Assembly: GCA_017882165.1 (NCBI GenBank)
Contig: JADGPZ010000005.1
Location: forward strand, 1 to 50,568
DNA length: 50,568 nucleotides
Reading direction: 5' to 3'
Source: Candidatus Kapaibacterium sp.
GTDB lineage: Bacteria; Bacteroidota; Ignavibacteria; Palsa-1295
This document shows positions 7,998-16,415 of the stretch, one piece after another; the stretch's first letter is position 1, and every line of letters starts with the position of its first letter. Below the pieces are notes generated by a model, which saw only the letters and a list, made by a program, of their open reading frames with translations, was not told the DNA's origin and searched no databases. Position numbers and translations under genes: made by a program.

Positions 7998-9587
7998 GTG
8001 CGCGAGCAAATCAAGGCCCTGTCACGAGAGACGCTGATCTACGGCGCGACGACGGTCGTTGGCCGGTTTTTGAATTTCCTTCTGGTCCCGTTTTATGTCA
8101 GCGTGCTCGATCCGAAGATGTACGGCGTCTCGGCGTCGATGTACACCTACATCAGCTTTGCCGGAATCATCTATACGATGGGCCTGGAAGCCGCCTATTT
8201 CCGCTACGCCTCGCGCGGCGATGGCGAGAAGCGCAGCGCGGAAGAAGAGAAGCGGCTCTTCAGCGGTCCGTTTCTCTTTGTGCTGCTCTTCGGTGGTCTC
8301 GTCAGCGCACTCCTTATCTTCGTTGCGCCGTGGATCGTCCGCCCGGTTTTCCACGATCCGCATGTTGACATCACTGCATGGATACCGGCCTTCACGCGCA
8401 TCTTGCGCTGGAGCGCGCTGATCGTACTGCTTGACAGCCTGAACGTTATTCCATTCGCGGCGCTCCGCATCGATCGAAAGGCAAAGTGGTTCGGCGCAAT
8501 CCGATTGACCGGCATCGTCATCACGCTCGCGCTCAACATCATTCTCATCATCATTCTGCACAAAGGCGTCGTCGCGATCTTCGCTGCGAATCTTGTAGCA
8601 TCGCTCGCAATGCTGCTCATGCTCGCGCCGACCATCGCGCGGCGTTTCGAATTTAAGATTTCTCGGCCGGTGATGAAGAAGCTGCTGCCGTTCGGACTCA
8701 CAAACGTCCCGGCGTATCTCAGCGCGATGATGGTGCAGGTGATCGACCGGCCCATCGTGCAGGCGTATCTGGGACTCGGAATGCTCGGCGTCTATCAGGC
8801 GAATTACCGGATGGGCATCGTGATGATGGTATTCGTGAGCCTGTTCGAATATGCGTGGCGGCCGTTCTTCCTGCGCGAATCCCGCACGGACGATAAGCGC
8901 GCACGGCTGCTGTTCTCGCGCGTGTTCACGTATTTCATGCTCGTTGCATGTCTCGGATTTCTCGTGCTCTCGCTCTTCTTGCCCGATCTGCTCACCGTCA
9001 AGTTGCCGCTTGTCCATCGCTCGATTTTTCACAAGCCGGAGTACTTGCTTGGACTCGATATTATTCCGGTCGTGCTCGCGGCGTATATCTTTCAAGGCAT
9101 GTACACCAATTTCATCGCAGGGATTTACATTAAGGAGCACAATAAAGTGCTGCCGTTCATCACCGGGCTTGGCGCCGCTGTAAATATCATCACGAATATT
9201 ATTCTGATCCCGCGCATTGGCATTATGGGCGCGGCGCTGGCGACCCTCTTTGCCTACATGGCGATGGCCGCAGCGATCTACTGGCAGGTGCAGAAAGTGT
9301 ATTACGTGAAGTACGATTGGCGGCGCGTGGGGCTGCTGGCATTTGTTGTCCTGGTGGGATTTGGGGTTGAACAAGTGATAGGACGAATCGGTCAGATAGG
9401 ACCGATGTATATCATCCGTGTTGGCATTGTGTTGCTGGTCGTGGGTGCTCTCTTCCTCTTCGGATTTTTCTCAAAGGGAGAGATTCAGGCGCTGCGACAA
9501 ATGCTCCGCCTCTCCAATCGTCTTTGTCCCGCCGCGCTTCCGGCGGAGCCGGTCGAGGCCGCTGCGGAACGCCGAGAAGGCGGCTAA
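7998..9587 (+). CDS. Wzx/MOP-superfamily oligosaccharide flippase
   Basis: IKALSRETLIYG...RFLNFLLVPFY; many TM helices; GVYQANYRMG; FEYAWRPFF; LIPRIGIMGAALAT. Confidence 0.88.
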   Translation: MREQIKALSRETLIYGATTVVGRFLNFLLVPFYVSVLDPKMYGVSASMYTYISFAGIIYTMGLEAAYFRYASRGDGEKRSAEEEKRLFSGPFLFVLLFGGLVSALLIFVAPWIVRPVFHDPHVDITAWIPAFTRILRWSALIVLLDSLNVIPFAALRIDRKAKWFGAIRLTGIVITLALNIILIIILHKGVVAIFAANLVASLAMLLMLAPTIARRFEFKISRPVMKKLLPFGLTNVPAYLSAMMVQVIDRPIVQAYLGLGMLGVYQANYRMGIVMMVFVSLFEYAWRPFFLRESRTDDKRARLLFSRVFTYFMLVACLGFLVLSLFLPDLLTVKLPLVHRSIFHKPEYLLGLDIIPVVLAAYIFQGMYTNFIAGIYIKEHNKVLPFITGLGAAVNIITNIILIPRIGIMGAALATLFAYMAMAAAIYWQVQKVYYVKYDWRRVGLLAFVVLVGFGVEQVIGRIGQIGPMYIIRVGIVLLVVGALFLFGFFSKGEIQALRQMLRLSNRLCPAALPAEPVEAAAERREGG

Positions 9588-9907
9588 TTGTGATCCGCTT
9601 TGATTGTCCCCGTTGTCTGGATCACAACCGGATAGCCTTCGACGATTGAGGGCAACTGAGCGCGCAATCGATCGGTGAGTGAATCGACGAATATGAGAAT
9701 AGCCGGCTTGCCATCCTTTTGCGTTTCGCCCGTGCCGGTGACGCCCTCGATCTTCATCCACGCATCGGTGTGCGCCGCGAGAACTTCGGATATTGGATGC
9801 AACTTCTGAAGTGAGTCCACCGGAACAAGACTTGTCTCCTGCGCGGGCCGTGGAGAACACGCCGCAAGTAATGCGATGAAAAGGAAATAGGGTTTAGAGT
9901 GTAGCAT
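9584..9907 (-). CDS. Small lipoprotein resembling the N-terminal (pro)domain of the upstream protease
   Basis: LLAAC lipobox; HTDAWMKIEGVTGTG...AILIFV...LPSIVEGYPVVIQTTGTIKA parallels HTPDLMAIPGVIGVG...SILVFT...IPAFVGGVKTRVEMIGTVTA in the protease. Confidence 0.7.
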   Translation of the reverse strand: MLHSKPYFLFIALLAACSPRPAQETSLVPVDSLQKLHPISEVLAAHTDAWMKIEGVTGTGETQKDGKPAILIFVDSLTDRLRAQLPSIVEGYPVVIQTTGTIKADHN

Positions 9908-9949
9908 GTTTACTATACCCTAAACCCTATCCCCTATACCCTGTAGAAC

Positions 9950-11119
9950 TTAGAACGAGGAGGTCACAAAGCCGAGACCGAAGTCCTGCGCGATGTGGTC
10001 CATGCGGTTCGCGAATGAGCTGGTGCTCGATCCGGCGAAGTTGAGACCGACGGGATTGCCGTTGGCATCGACCATCATCGAACCGGAGTCGCCAGCCTGA
10101 ATGAACTGACCGCTCACATAAATTTGATCGACGAACGTTGCACGGAAGTGGGTGTAAGAGACGGTGATCGTCACGTTAATCGCTCCGATGGTGCCGGTGG
10201 TGTAACCGGTGGTGCGGCCGACTTTCTTAACCGATAGTCCGACGCTCGGCGCGACCACCGTGATCGTTGGCGTGTACCAATTATCCGGCGACATCGCCGG
10301 AGTCCATCCGCCGGAAAGACCGGGATTGCACTCGGCGATCGCGGCGTCGTAGTAATTGTTGTGGCGGCTGTCGATGTAATTCCATGCATAGAGCTTGCCG
10401 ACAAGGCCGGAAGAGCCGCAGTTCACGTCGTAGCGGCCGGGCTGGTCCTGCTGGTCCGCGCTCGTTGCAGAATTTTCATTCGCGAAGACGTGGTTGCAGC
10501 TCAGCATGAACTTGGCGGTGCCATTACTGAAGCTGCTCGGCGCATAGCTGTAGCCATAGACATTGATAAAGTCATTCCGCTTATCACCGGATGCTTCATA
10601 TGTGCCGGAATAGCGTCCCGAGTTTGTCAGTCGCGAAGTTGTCACCAGCGCGCCGATGGAGCCCGATGCGCACTCATCGTTATCGCCAACACTCACCCCG
10701 GCCGGACACGGCGTGCGATAGGTACCGGTGTAACCGGAGAATGCGGTGACGGTCCCGATCATCTCCACGCGGGTCTTCACACCACCGACGAACGCCGGAA
10801 TCCCTCCGACGCCAGGGTGCTCGGTAAAGACGAGAATGGAGGCCTGCCCGGGATTAGCTTTGTCAAGGCCCGTACCGACTCCGATGACGCCGGGAATCGC
10901 CATGAGATCCGGCGTGTGCTGGTCCTGCACGGCGAGCGCCTGCTGGACGAAAACCGGCTGGTTCGACCAATCGGCGTGGTAATTCGCCGACGGCGCGATA
11001 ACGGATGGCGACGAGAACTGTTGGCCGCCAGACGGCGCGGACGATTGATTACAACTCGCAAAAGCGAACGCTGATGCGAGCAGCGTAGCGGCACAAAACA
11101 GTTTTGTGATATGCTTCAT
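9950..11119 (-). CDS. Nal1-like trypsin-fold (S1) serine protease, lipoprotein
   Basis: Start at MKHITKLF; FAFASC lipobox; triad motifs LSCNHV, YYDAAIA and GDSGS; KKVGRTTGYTTG. Confidence 0.82.
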   Translation of the reverse strand: MKHITKLFCAATLLASAFAFASCNQSSAPSGGQQFSSPSVIAPSANYHADWSNQPVFVQQALAVQDQHTPDLMAIPGVIGVGTGLDKANPGQASILVFTEHPGVGGIPAFVGGVKTRVEMIGTVTAFSGYTGTYRTPCPAGVSVGDNDECASGSIGALVTTSRLTNSGRYSGTYEASGDKRNDFINVYGYSYAPSSFSNGTAKFMLSCNHVFANENSATSADQQDQPGRYDVNCGSSGLVGKLYAWNYIDSRHNNYYDAAIAECNPGLSGGWTPAMSPDNWYTPTITVVAPSVGLSVKKVGRTTGYTTGTIGAINVTITVSYTHFRATFVDQIYVSGQFIQAGDSGSMMVDANGNPVGLNFAGSSTSSFANRMDHIAQDFGLGFVTSSF

Positions 11120-11304
11120 ATTCGTCAATGAAAAGGGTACAAGTGGAAAACTACAGCGAATGCGACAAAGGCAGTGAGACAACCGATACCGCTGAAAATA
11201 GTTTCAGCCGGTTGAGCCTGACGCGGACGTAACCGTCCGGACTTTAGAATATTCGCCGTCAACGCGGCGCCGTCAACAGCTCAGCGGCCGAAGGTCACGA
11301 AGAA

Positions 11305-11844
11305 TTATTGCACCCGGTCGCTCGCGTTCAGCATGACGCGGCTGTGGGGGCGCCAGGACTCGTCGTAGCCAAAGACCGTGGCCGTGACGAGATCGCGCAC
11401 GTCTTCGAGCGTGACCGAGGGGATACCGGCCATCATGATGCGGTCGATCACGAACTCGTGATCGAAATCGCTGAGGAGTCCGAGTTCGCGCATTTGCATG
11501 AGGTAGCCTTGCGCGTCGGGCTCGATGACTGAACGCTCGATCTCGTGCAATACGCGGTGGGACGCACCGGACATCCGAGCCAGAACCGGAGAAGAATACA
11601 CCAGCGGACCCTCCTGCGCGGCAACATCGACGGCGAGCTTATCGAACAGCCATGAGAATGCAGCGGAGATTTCCGTTTGGCTGAAACCACGCAAAGAAAG
11701 CGGCTTGAGATCGATCTCCGTGATCGTCTTCTTGGCGCGCATCTCGGAGAGCAAAAACACCAAAATCTCCATAATCCGATCGCGGCCACCTGTGGGGCTT
11801 AGCGGGCTGGCATTCATTTCGGATCTCTCGTCACCGTTGGTCAT
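11305..11844 (-). CDS. smg: DUF494/Smg-family protein
   Basis: RIMEILVFLL, LRGFSQTEISAAFSWL, RVLHEIE...AQGYLMQMRELGLL; start uncertain. Confidence 0.75.
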   Translation of the reverse strand: MTNGDERSEMNASPLSPTGGRDRIMEILVFLLSEMRAKKTITEIDLKPLSLRGFSQTEISAAFSWLFDKLAVDVAAQEGPLVYSSPVLARMSGASHRVLHEIERSVIEPDAQGYLMQMRELGLLSDFDHEFVIDRIMMAGIPSVTLEDVRDLVTATVFGYDESWRPHSRVMLNASDRVQ

Positions 11845-11908
11845 ATCGTATCCTTCAGAGAAGCGAACAGGTTAGTCAAGGATGATCGATCCTGCTATGG
11901 ATGACCTA

Positions 11909-12364
11909 TCATACACCCTCGCTCAACTTAGCTAAATACCAACGCTCCCGCGCGCGCATTTGTTTCTTTTGGGCTGCGGTCTTGTCCTTCATTCCGGCGA
12001 GGTGGAGCAATCCGTGGATGACGAGATGCTTCAGCTCTTCCTTGAGCGTTGCCCGAAATTGCTTTGCGTTTTCGCGCGCGCGGTCAATGCTGATATAGAT
12101 TTCCGCTTCAAGCGTCGTAGGGGTTCGTTCGAGTTCGAACGTGATAATATCCGTCAACCAATCATGCCCGAGCGACGTGCGGTTGATGGCGAGGAGTTCA
12201 GAGTCCGAGAGGAAGACGACACTGAGTTCTAATTCTTGAAGCTGGGGAAGTTCAGTAACGGCTACCAGCCTTGCCGCATTCTTTAGCTGTGTCTTATAGG
12301 TCTTATCGGTCCGATAGGTCCTATTGGCCGCCTTGGATTGGCTCAGTGTGAACCGAAGATGCAC
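11909..12364 (-). CDS. ybeY: rRNA maturation endoribonuclease YbeY
   Basis: INRTSLGHDWLTDIITF, EIYISIDRA, LVIHGLLHLAG. Confidence 0.9.
   Translation of the reverse strand: MHLRFTLSQSKAANRTYRTDKTYKTQLKNAARLVAVTELPQLQELELSVVFLSDSELLAINRTSLGHDWLTDIITFELERTPTTLEAEIYISIDRARENAKQFRATLKEELKHLVIHGLLHLAGMKDKTAAQKKQMRARERWYLAKLSEGV
12291..12326. repeat. 4 x 9-bp tandem repeat inside the ybeY 5' region
   Basis: gtcttatag gtcttatcg gtccgatag gtcctattg, encoding NRTYRTDKTYKT. Confidence 0.7.
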
Positions 12365-12366
12365 AA

Positions 12367-12870
12367 TCAGACAGATCGAAATACCTCAGCGTGCTCGCCA
12401 AAAACCTTGAGCGCGACGGCCGCTCGAAGATCGCGATCGGCCACGTCGGTCAGTTCCATCTCCGCCAGCGTTTGCGGGACGTTCATGTAAACCTGGATTA
12501 CGCCGTGCGAACTGATCGTCAGCATCGAGACCTGCTCGCCGTGGGCGTCGCCGTGAGCGGAAGCGGAATGGCTGAAGAACGCCGCCTCTTCGGTCGCCTC
12601 CAGAATGCGGATTTCGTCAAGTCCATGCAACTCGACCATCCCGAGCGCCGAGTGGACCATGACCGTGGCTTCCCGGTCGGTTTCGAACAAATTGATCTCG
12701 AGCAGCGGACTTTCGCCGGCCACCGGCCCCGCACCGTCCTTAGGGCGGCCTGAGTGGAACACGAGCACACTCGCCTCGTGGCCTTCTGCAGGCTGTTTAG
12801 GAGCATGGGAAACCGGTATCCCTTCGAGGATATCGGCGAGGCGTTCGATGAGTTTGGGTTCGAGTAGCAT
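12367..12870 (-). CDS. Hypothetical protein
   Basis: 167-aa ORF, co-oriented with and 2 bp from the ybeY start; no family recognised. Confidence 0.6.
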   Translation of the reverse strand: MLLEPKLIERLADILEGIPVSHAPKQPAEGHEASVLVFHSGRPKDGAGPVAGESPLLEINLFETDREATVMVHSALGMVELHGLDEIRILEATEEAAFFSHSASAHGDAHGEQVSMLTISSHGVIQVYMNVPQTLAEMELTDVADRDLRAAVALKVFGEHAEVFRSV

Positions 12871-12995
12871 TTCTCTTTATGCGAAAATACGGATAAAATC
12901 CGGGGGAGATTCGCACAAGTCATTTGTGACCCCTGTTTCTTGTTCGTATCTTAGTACAGAAATTGATGGGCACCATCACGAAATAAGCGATCAAA

Positions 12996-13148
12996 ATGGC
13001 TAAAGATGCAGTGATGAACGAGCTTTCCAGCATGGGAAGTGAGCCAATTAAGAAGATTCTGGCCAAACATGGCGCGCGCGAGCCTCTATTTGGCGTGAAG
13101 GCGGACGACATGAAAAAGATAGTAAAACGGGTCAAAAAAGAAAAATAA
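12996..13148 (+). pseudogene. Truncated DNA alkylation repair (AlkD-like) gene, N-terminal 50 codons
   Basis: MAKDAVMNELSSMGSEPIKKILAKHGAREPLFGVKADDMKKIVKRVKKEK* resembles the N-terminus of DNA alkylation repair enzymes, then stops. Confidence 0.6.
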
Positions 13149-13238
13149 TGTGTTACCTCGATGGACCAACGCGATGAAATGGACAAACGGGAATTAGGTC
13201 CCTGAAGTCTTTCTCATCCTTTTGACTCAAGAGCGACT

Positions 13239-15938
13239 ATGCAAGATACGAAGACTGCCGACAAGCTCACGCCGCTGATGAAGCAGTACAACTCCATCAA
13301 GGCGAAGTACCCGGAGACTATTCTCTTTTTCCGGATGGGCGATTTTTTCGAGACGTTCGGACCGGACGCGATCACGACCGCGAAAGTTACCGGCATCGTG
13401 CTGACCAAGCGCGGTAACGGCTCCGCCAGCGAGATCGAGCTTGCCGGATTCCCGCACCATCAGCTCGATGCCTATCTGCCGAAGATGATCCGCGCCGGTT
13501 ACCGCGTGGCCGTCTGCGAGCAACTTGAAGATCCGAAGCTCGCAAAGGGTATCGTCAAGCGCGATGTCGTTGAGGTCGTCACGCCGGGTGTCGCGACGAG
13601 CGAAAAGATACTCGAGACCGAGCGCAACACCTACGTCGGCGCGATCGTCCTGCAAGCGGGTGTGGCCGGCATTGCGTATGCCGATGTTTCGACCGGCGAG
13701 TTTGTCGCGGGTGAAATCCCGGAAGCACAGCTTGCCGAACACTTAGACACACTCGGCTTGCGGGAGTTGCTCGTTGCCCGCAAAGATGTGAGCAAAACCG
13801 AGCTTGCATCATACTACGTCGCACTGACGAACAAGCCCGCGATCACGCGCCGCGAAGATTGGATCTTCCACTACGAGACCGCGCGCGAGTTACTCCTGCA
13901 ACATTTCAAGACGGCTTCGCTCAAAGGCTTTGGCATCGACGATCTCACAGTCGGCATGACTGCCGCCGGCGCTGTGCTCGATTATCTGCGTGAGACGCGC
14001 AGCCAGACGAGCCTCTCGCATGTGACGCACATCTCGCGCTATGAGCCGAACGATTATCTCGCGCTCGATGCTGGCACGCGACGCAATCTTGAAATCTTCT
14101 CGCCGCTGCAAGGAGGCAATCCCGATGCGTCGTTGCTGGGCGTACTCGATGAAACGTCGTCTTCGATGGGTGCACGTCTGCTTCGGCGCTGGCTCGCGAG
14201 GCCGCTCCGCAGCCACGAGCGAATCAACCAAAGGCTTGCGGCGGTCGAGATATTCAATGCCAATCGCGAGGCGCGCGACAAACTAATGCTCGAATTGCGC
14301 GAGCTTGGTGATGTCGAGCGGCTGGTGGGCCGCTTTGCCGGAGCGCGGATTCTTCAACCACGCGATTTCCTGGCGCTTAAGTTCTCGCTCTGGCATTTGC
14401 CGGAGATACAAAAGCTATTGGCGGGACTTGTAAGAGACTTGAACGATAACGGGAAGAGCATTCTCGGCACAATTACGGCTGAGCTTCATGCGCTGCCGGA
14501 ATTAGCCGAGGAGTTGGACCGCTTCGTCGCGCCCGAGCCACCGGCTACCGCTGCGCATCTTGGTGTCATACGAGATGGTGCTAATCCTGAACTCGATGAA
14601 CTTCGCGCCCTCACTCGGAACAGCCGCGACGGGCTACTTGCTATTCAGGCGCGCGAGCGCGAGCGAACCGGCATCTCGTCGCTCAAGGTCGATTACAATA
14701 ACGTCTTCGGCTACTTCATCGAAGTCTCGAAGGCAAATCAAGCGAAAGTCCCTCCGGACTATGAGCGGCGCCAAACGATGACGAACGCCGAGCGATACAT
14801 CACGCCCGAGCTAAAGGAATTCGAAGCGAAGATTCTGGGCGCTGAAGAACGGATGACAACAATCGAGCGCGACATGATCGAGCAGCTTCGCGCGCGCATC
14901 ATTCAGGACATCGCTCCGCTCACGCGCAATGCCGAGTTGCTCGCGGTGATCGATGTCCTCGCCACGTTTTCCTCGCTTGCGACGAAGCACCGCTGGACGC
15001 GGCCTGAGTTCAACGAGATCGGCGAATTCGCAATCGAGCTCGGACGGCATCCCGTCGTAGAGAAGTTGCTTCCGGTTGGCGAGCGGTTCACGGCGAACAG
15101 CGTGCTGTTCAAACCGGGTGAGTTCGAGTTCTATGTTATCACCGGTCCCAACATGTCGGGCAAGTCGGTGTATCTCCGGCAGTGCGGCGTGCTGGCCTAT
15201 CTCGCGCATGTCGGCTCGTTCGTGCCAGCGGAGCGCGCGAACTTCCCGAAGATGGACCGTATCTTCACGCGCGTTGGTGCATCCGATAATGTAGCGAGCG
15301 GCGAATCGACCTTCTTAGTCGAGATGAACGAAGCCGCGAACATGCTGAACAACGCGACGGCGGACTCGCTGCTGCTATTCGATGAGTTAGGACGCGGCAC
15401 ATCGACGTTCGATGGCCTCTCGATCGCGTGGGCCGTGAGCGAGTACATTCACGACAACTTGCCCGGAGCGCGGACACTCTTCGCCACGCACTATCACGAA
15501 CTCAACGCGTTGGCCGAGCGGCACGCGCATATCCACAACCTGAAAGTGGAGGTCCGCGAGGCAGAGGGCAAGGTCCATTTCCTGCACAAGATCGCGCCGG
15601 GACATGCCGATCACTCGTATGGCATCGAGGTCGCGGCGATGGCCGGGATTCCGCCGGAAGTGATCGACCGCGCGCGCGAAATCCTCCGCTCTTTGGAAGC
15701 GACCGAACTCGTCATCGCCGAAGCGAACATCCAGCGCGAGATCCCATTCGTCGAGCACTCCACCCGCGCCGAGCAGGAAGCGCGACTCAAGCAAGCCTTC
15801 GGCGATGAGCGCGTCGATGCCGTCGCCAGTGAACTCCGCGCGCTGGATCTCGACCGCCTCACTCCGATTGATGCGATGAACAAGATTGCGGAGTGGAAGA
15901 AGAACCTGGATTCCGCTGATTCGAGCGGATTACGCTGA
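13239..15938 (+). CDS. mutS: DNA mismatch repair protein MutS
   Basis: TPLMKQY, FFRMGDFFETF, Walker A TGPNMSGKS, STFLVEM, DELGRGTS, FATHYHEL, SYGIEVA. Confidence 0.98.
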   Translation: MQDTKTADKLTPLMKQYNSIKAKYPETILFFRMGDFFETFGPDAITTAKVTGIVLTKRGNGSASEIELAGFPHHQLDAYLPKMIRAGYRVAVCEQLEDPKLAKGIVKRDVVEVVTPGVATSEKILETERNTYVGAIVLQAGVAGIAYADVSTGEFVAGEIPEAQLAEHLDTLGLRELLVARKDVSKTELASYYVALTNKPAITRREDWIFHYETARELLLQHFKTASLKGFGIDDLTVGMTAAGAVLDYLRETRSQTSLSHVTHISRYEPNDYLALDAGTRRNLEIFSPLQGGNPDASLLGVLDETSSSMGARLLRRWLARPLRSHERINQRLAAVEIFNANREARDKLMLELRELGDVERLVGRFAGARILQPRDFLALKFSLWHLPEIQKLLAGLVRDLNDNGKSILGTITAELHALPELAEELDRFVAPEPPATAAHLGVIRDGANPELDELRALTRNSRDGLLAIQARERERTGISSLKVDYNNVFGYFIEVSKANQAKVPPDYERRQTMTNAERYITPELKEFEAKILGAEERMTTIERDMIEQLRARIIQDIAPLTRNAELLAVIDVLATFSSLATKHRWTRPEFNEIGEFAIELGRHPVVEKLLPVGERFTANSVLFKPGEFEFYVITGPNMSGKSVYLRQCGVLAYLAHVGSFVPAERANFPKMDRIFTRVGASDNVASGESTFLVEMNEAANMLNNATADSLLLFDELGRGTSTFDGLSIAWAVSEYIHDNLPGARTLFATHYHELNALAERHAHIHNLKVEVREAEGKVHFLHKIAPGHADHSYGIEVAAMAGIPPEVIDRAREILRSLEATELVIAEANIQREIPFVEHSTRAEQEARLKQAFGDERVDAVASELRALDLDRLTPIDAMNKIAEWKKNLDSADSSGLR

Positions 15939-16036
15939 TTGCTCTCGGAGCAGTCGAAAGACAACGGGGAATTCAGCCGGAGTCGGTCTCGTTGGAATTG
16001 CAGAGGAGTGACTTTGAACGCACACTTGAGAATAGT

Positions 16037-16267
16037 ATGAATAACCACCTGGACACTATAACACAGGACGCGCTTTCGCTCTCGCTGCAAGAGCAAGGCA
16101 TTCTGGCAACACGCCTTCTCGACAGCATGGATCTAGTGGCGACAAACGAGATTCAGGCCTCCTGGCTCGATGTTGCCGAAGAGCGGCTCCGTGAAATTGA
16201 TGAGGGCCGCGTACAACCTATCGGCGAGGATGAAGTAGCGCGACGAATTCGCGCCCGGTTGCCGTGA
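16037..16267 (+). CDS. Putative addiction-module antitoxin component, with no adjacent toxin
   Basis: ALSLSLQEQGILATRLLDSM...IQASWLDVAEERLREIDEGRVQPI..DEV pattern; no RelE/ParE ORF follows. Confidence 0.75.
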   Translation: MNNHLDTITQDALSLSLQEQGILATRLLDSMDLVATNEIQASWLDVAEERLREIDEGRVQPIGEDEVARRIRARLP

Positions 16268-16303
16268 ATGGCTCCCGCCAAACCGGTGAGCCGCCACGCC
16301 GCC

Positions 16304-16389
16304 GAACTCCGCGCGCTCGGGGTCTCAATACGCTTACGCCGATCGAGGCGATCAATAAGATTGCGGAGTGGAAGAAGAGAATTGCTTGA
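16304..16389 (+). pseudogene. Diverged duplicate of the mutS 3' end
   Basis: gaactccgcgcgct...aagattgcggagtggaagaaga matches 15831-15903; encodes ELRAL/LNTLTPIEAINKIAEWKKRIA* versus MutS ELRALDLDRLTPIDAMNKIAEWKKNL. Confidence 0.8.
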
Positions 16390-16415
16390 TGCGTATACCC
16401 GCATGCACTTTCTTG

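Noticed and set aside
8022-9374. 450-aa antisense ORF over the flippase (likewise 17732-18874, 21568-22584, 34302-35249, 41920-42747)
   Set aside because: Shadow frames of well-supported genes in GC-rich DNA, with no recognisable motifs
11120-11304. Riboswitch in the protease leader
   Set aside because: Small hairpins and a cgccgtcaac direct repeat are present, but no riboswitch consensus was recognised; an Rfam/Infernal scan would be needed
11985-12030. YbeY inactivated because the third metal-binding His is missing (HGLLHLAGMKD)
   Set aside because: To my knowledge an Asp at this position is common in Bacteroidota-type YbeY, so it is not evidence of inactivation
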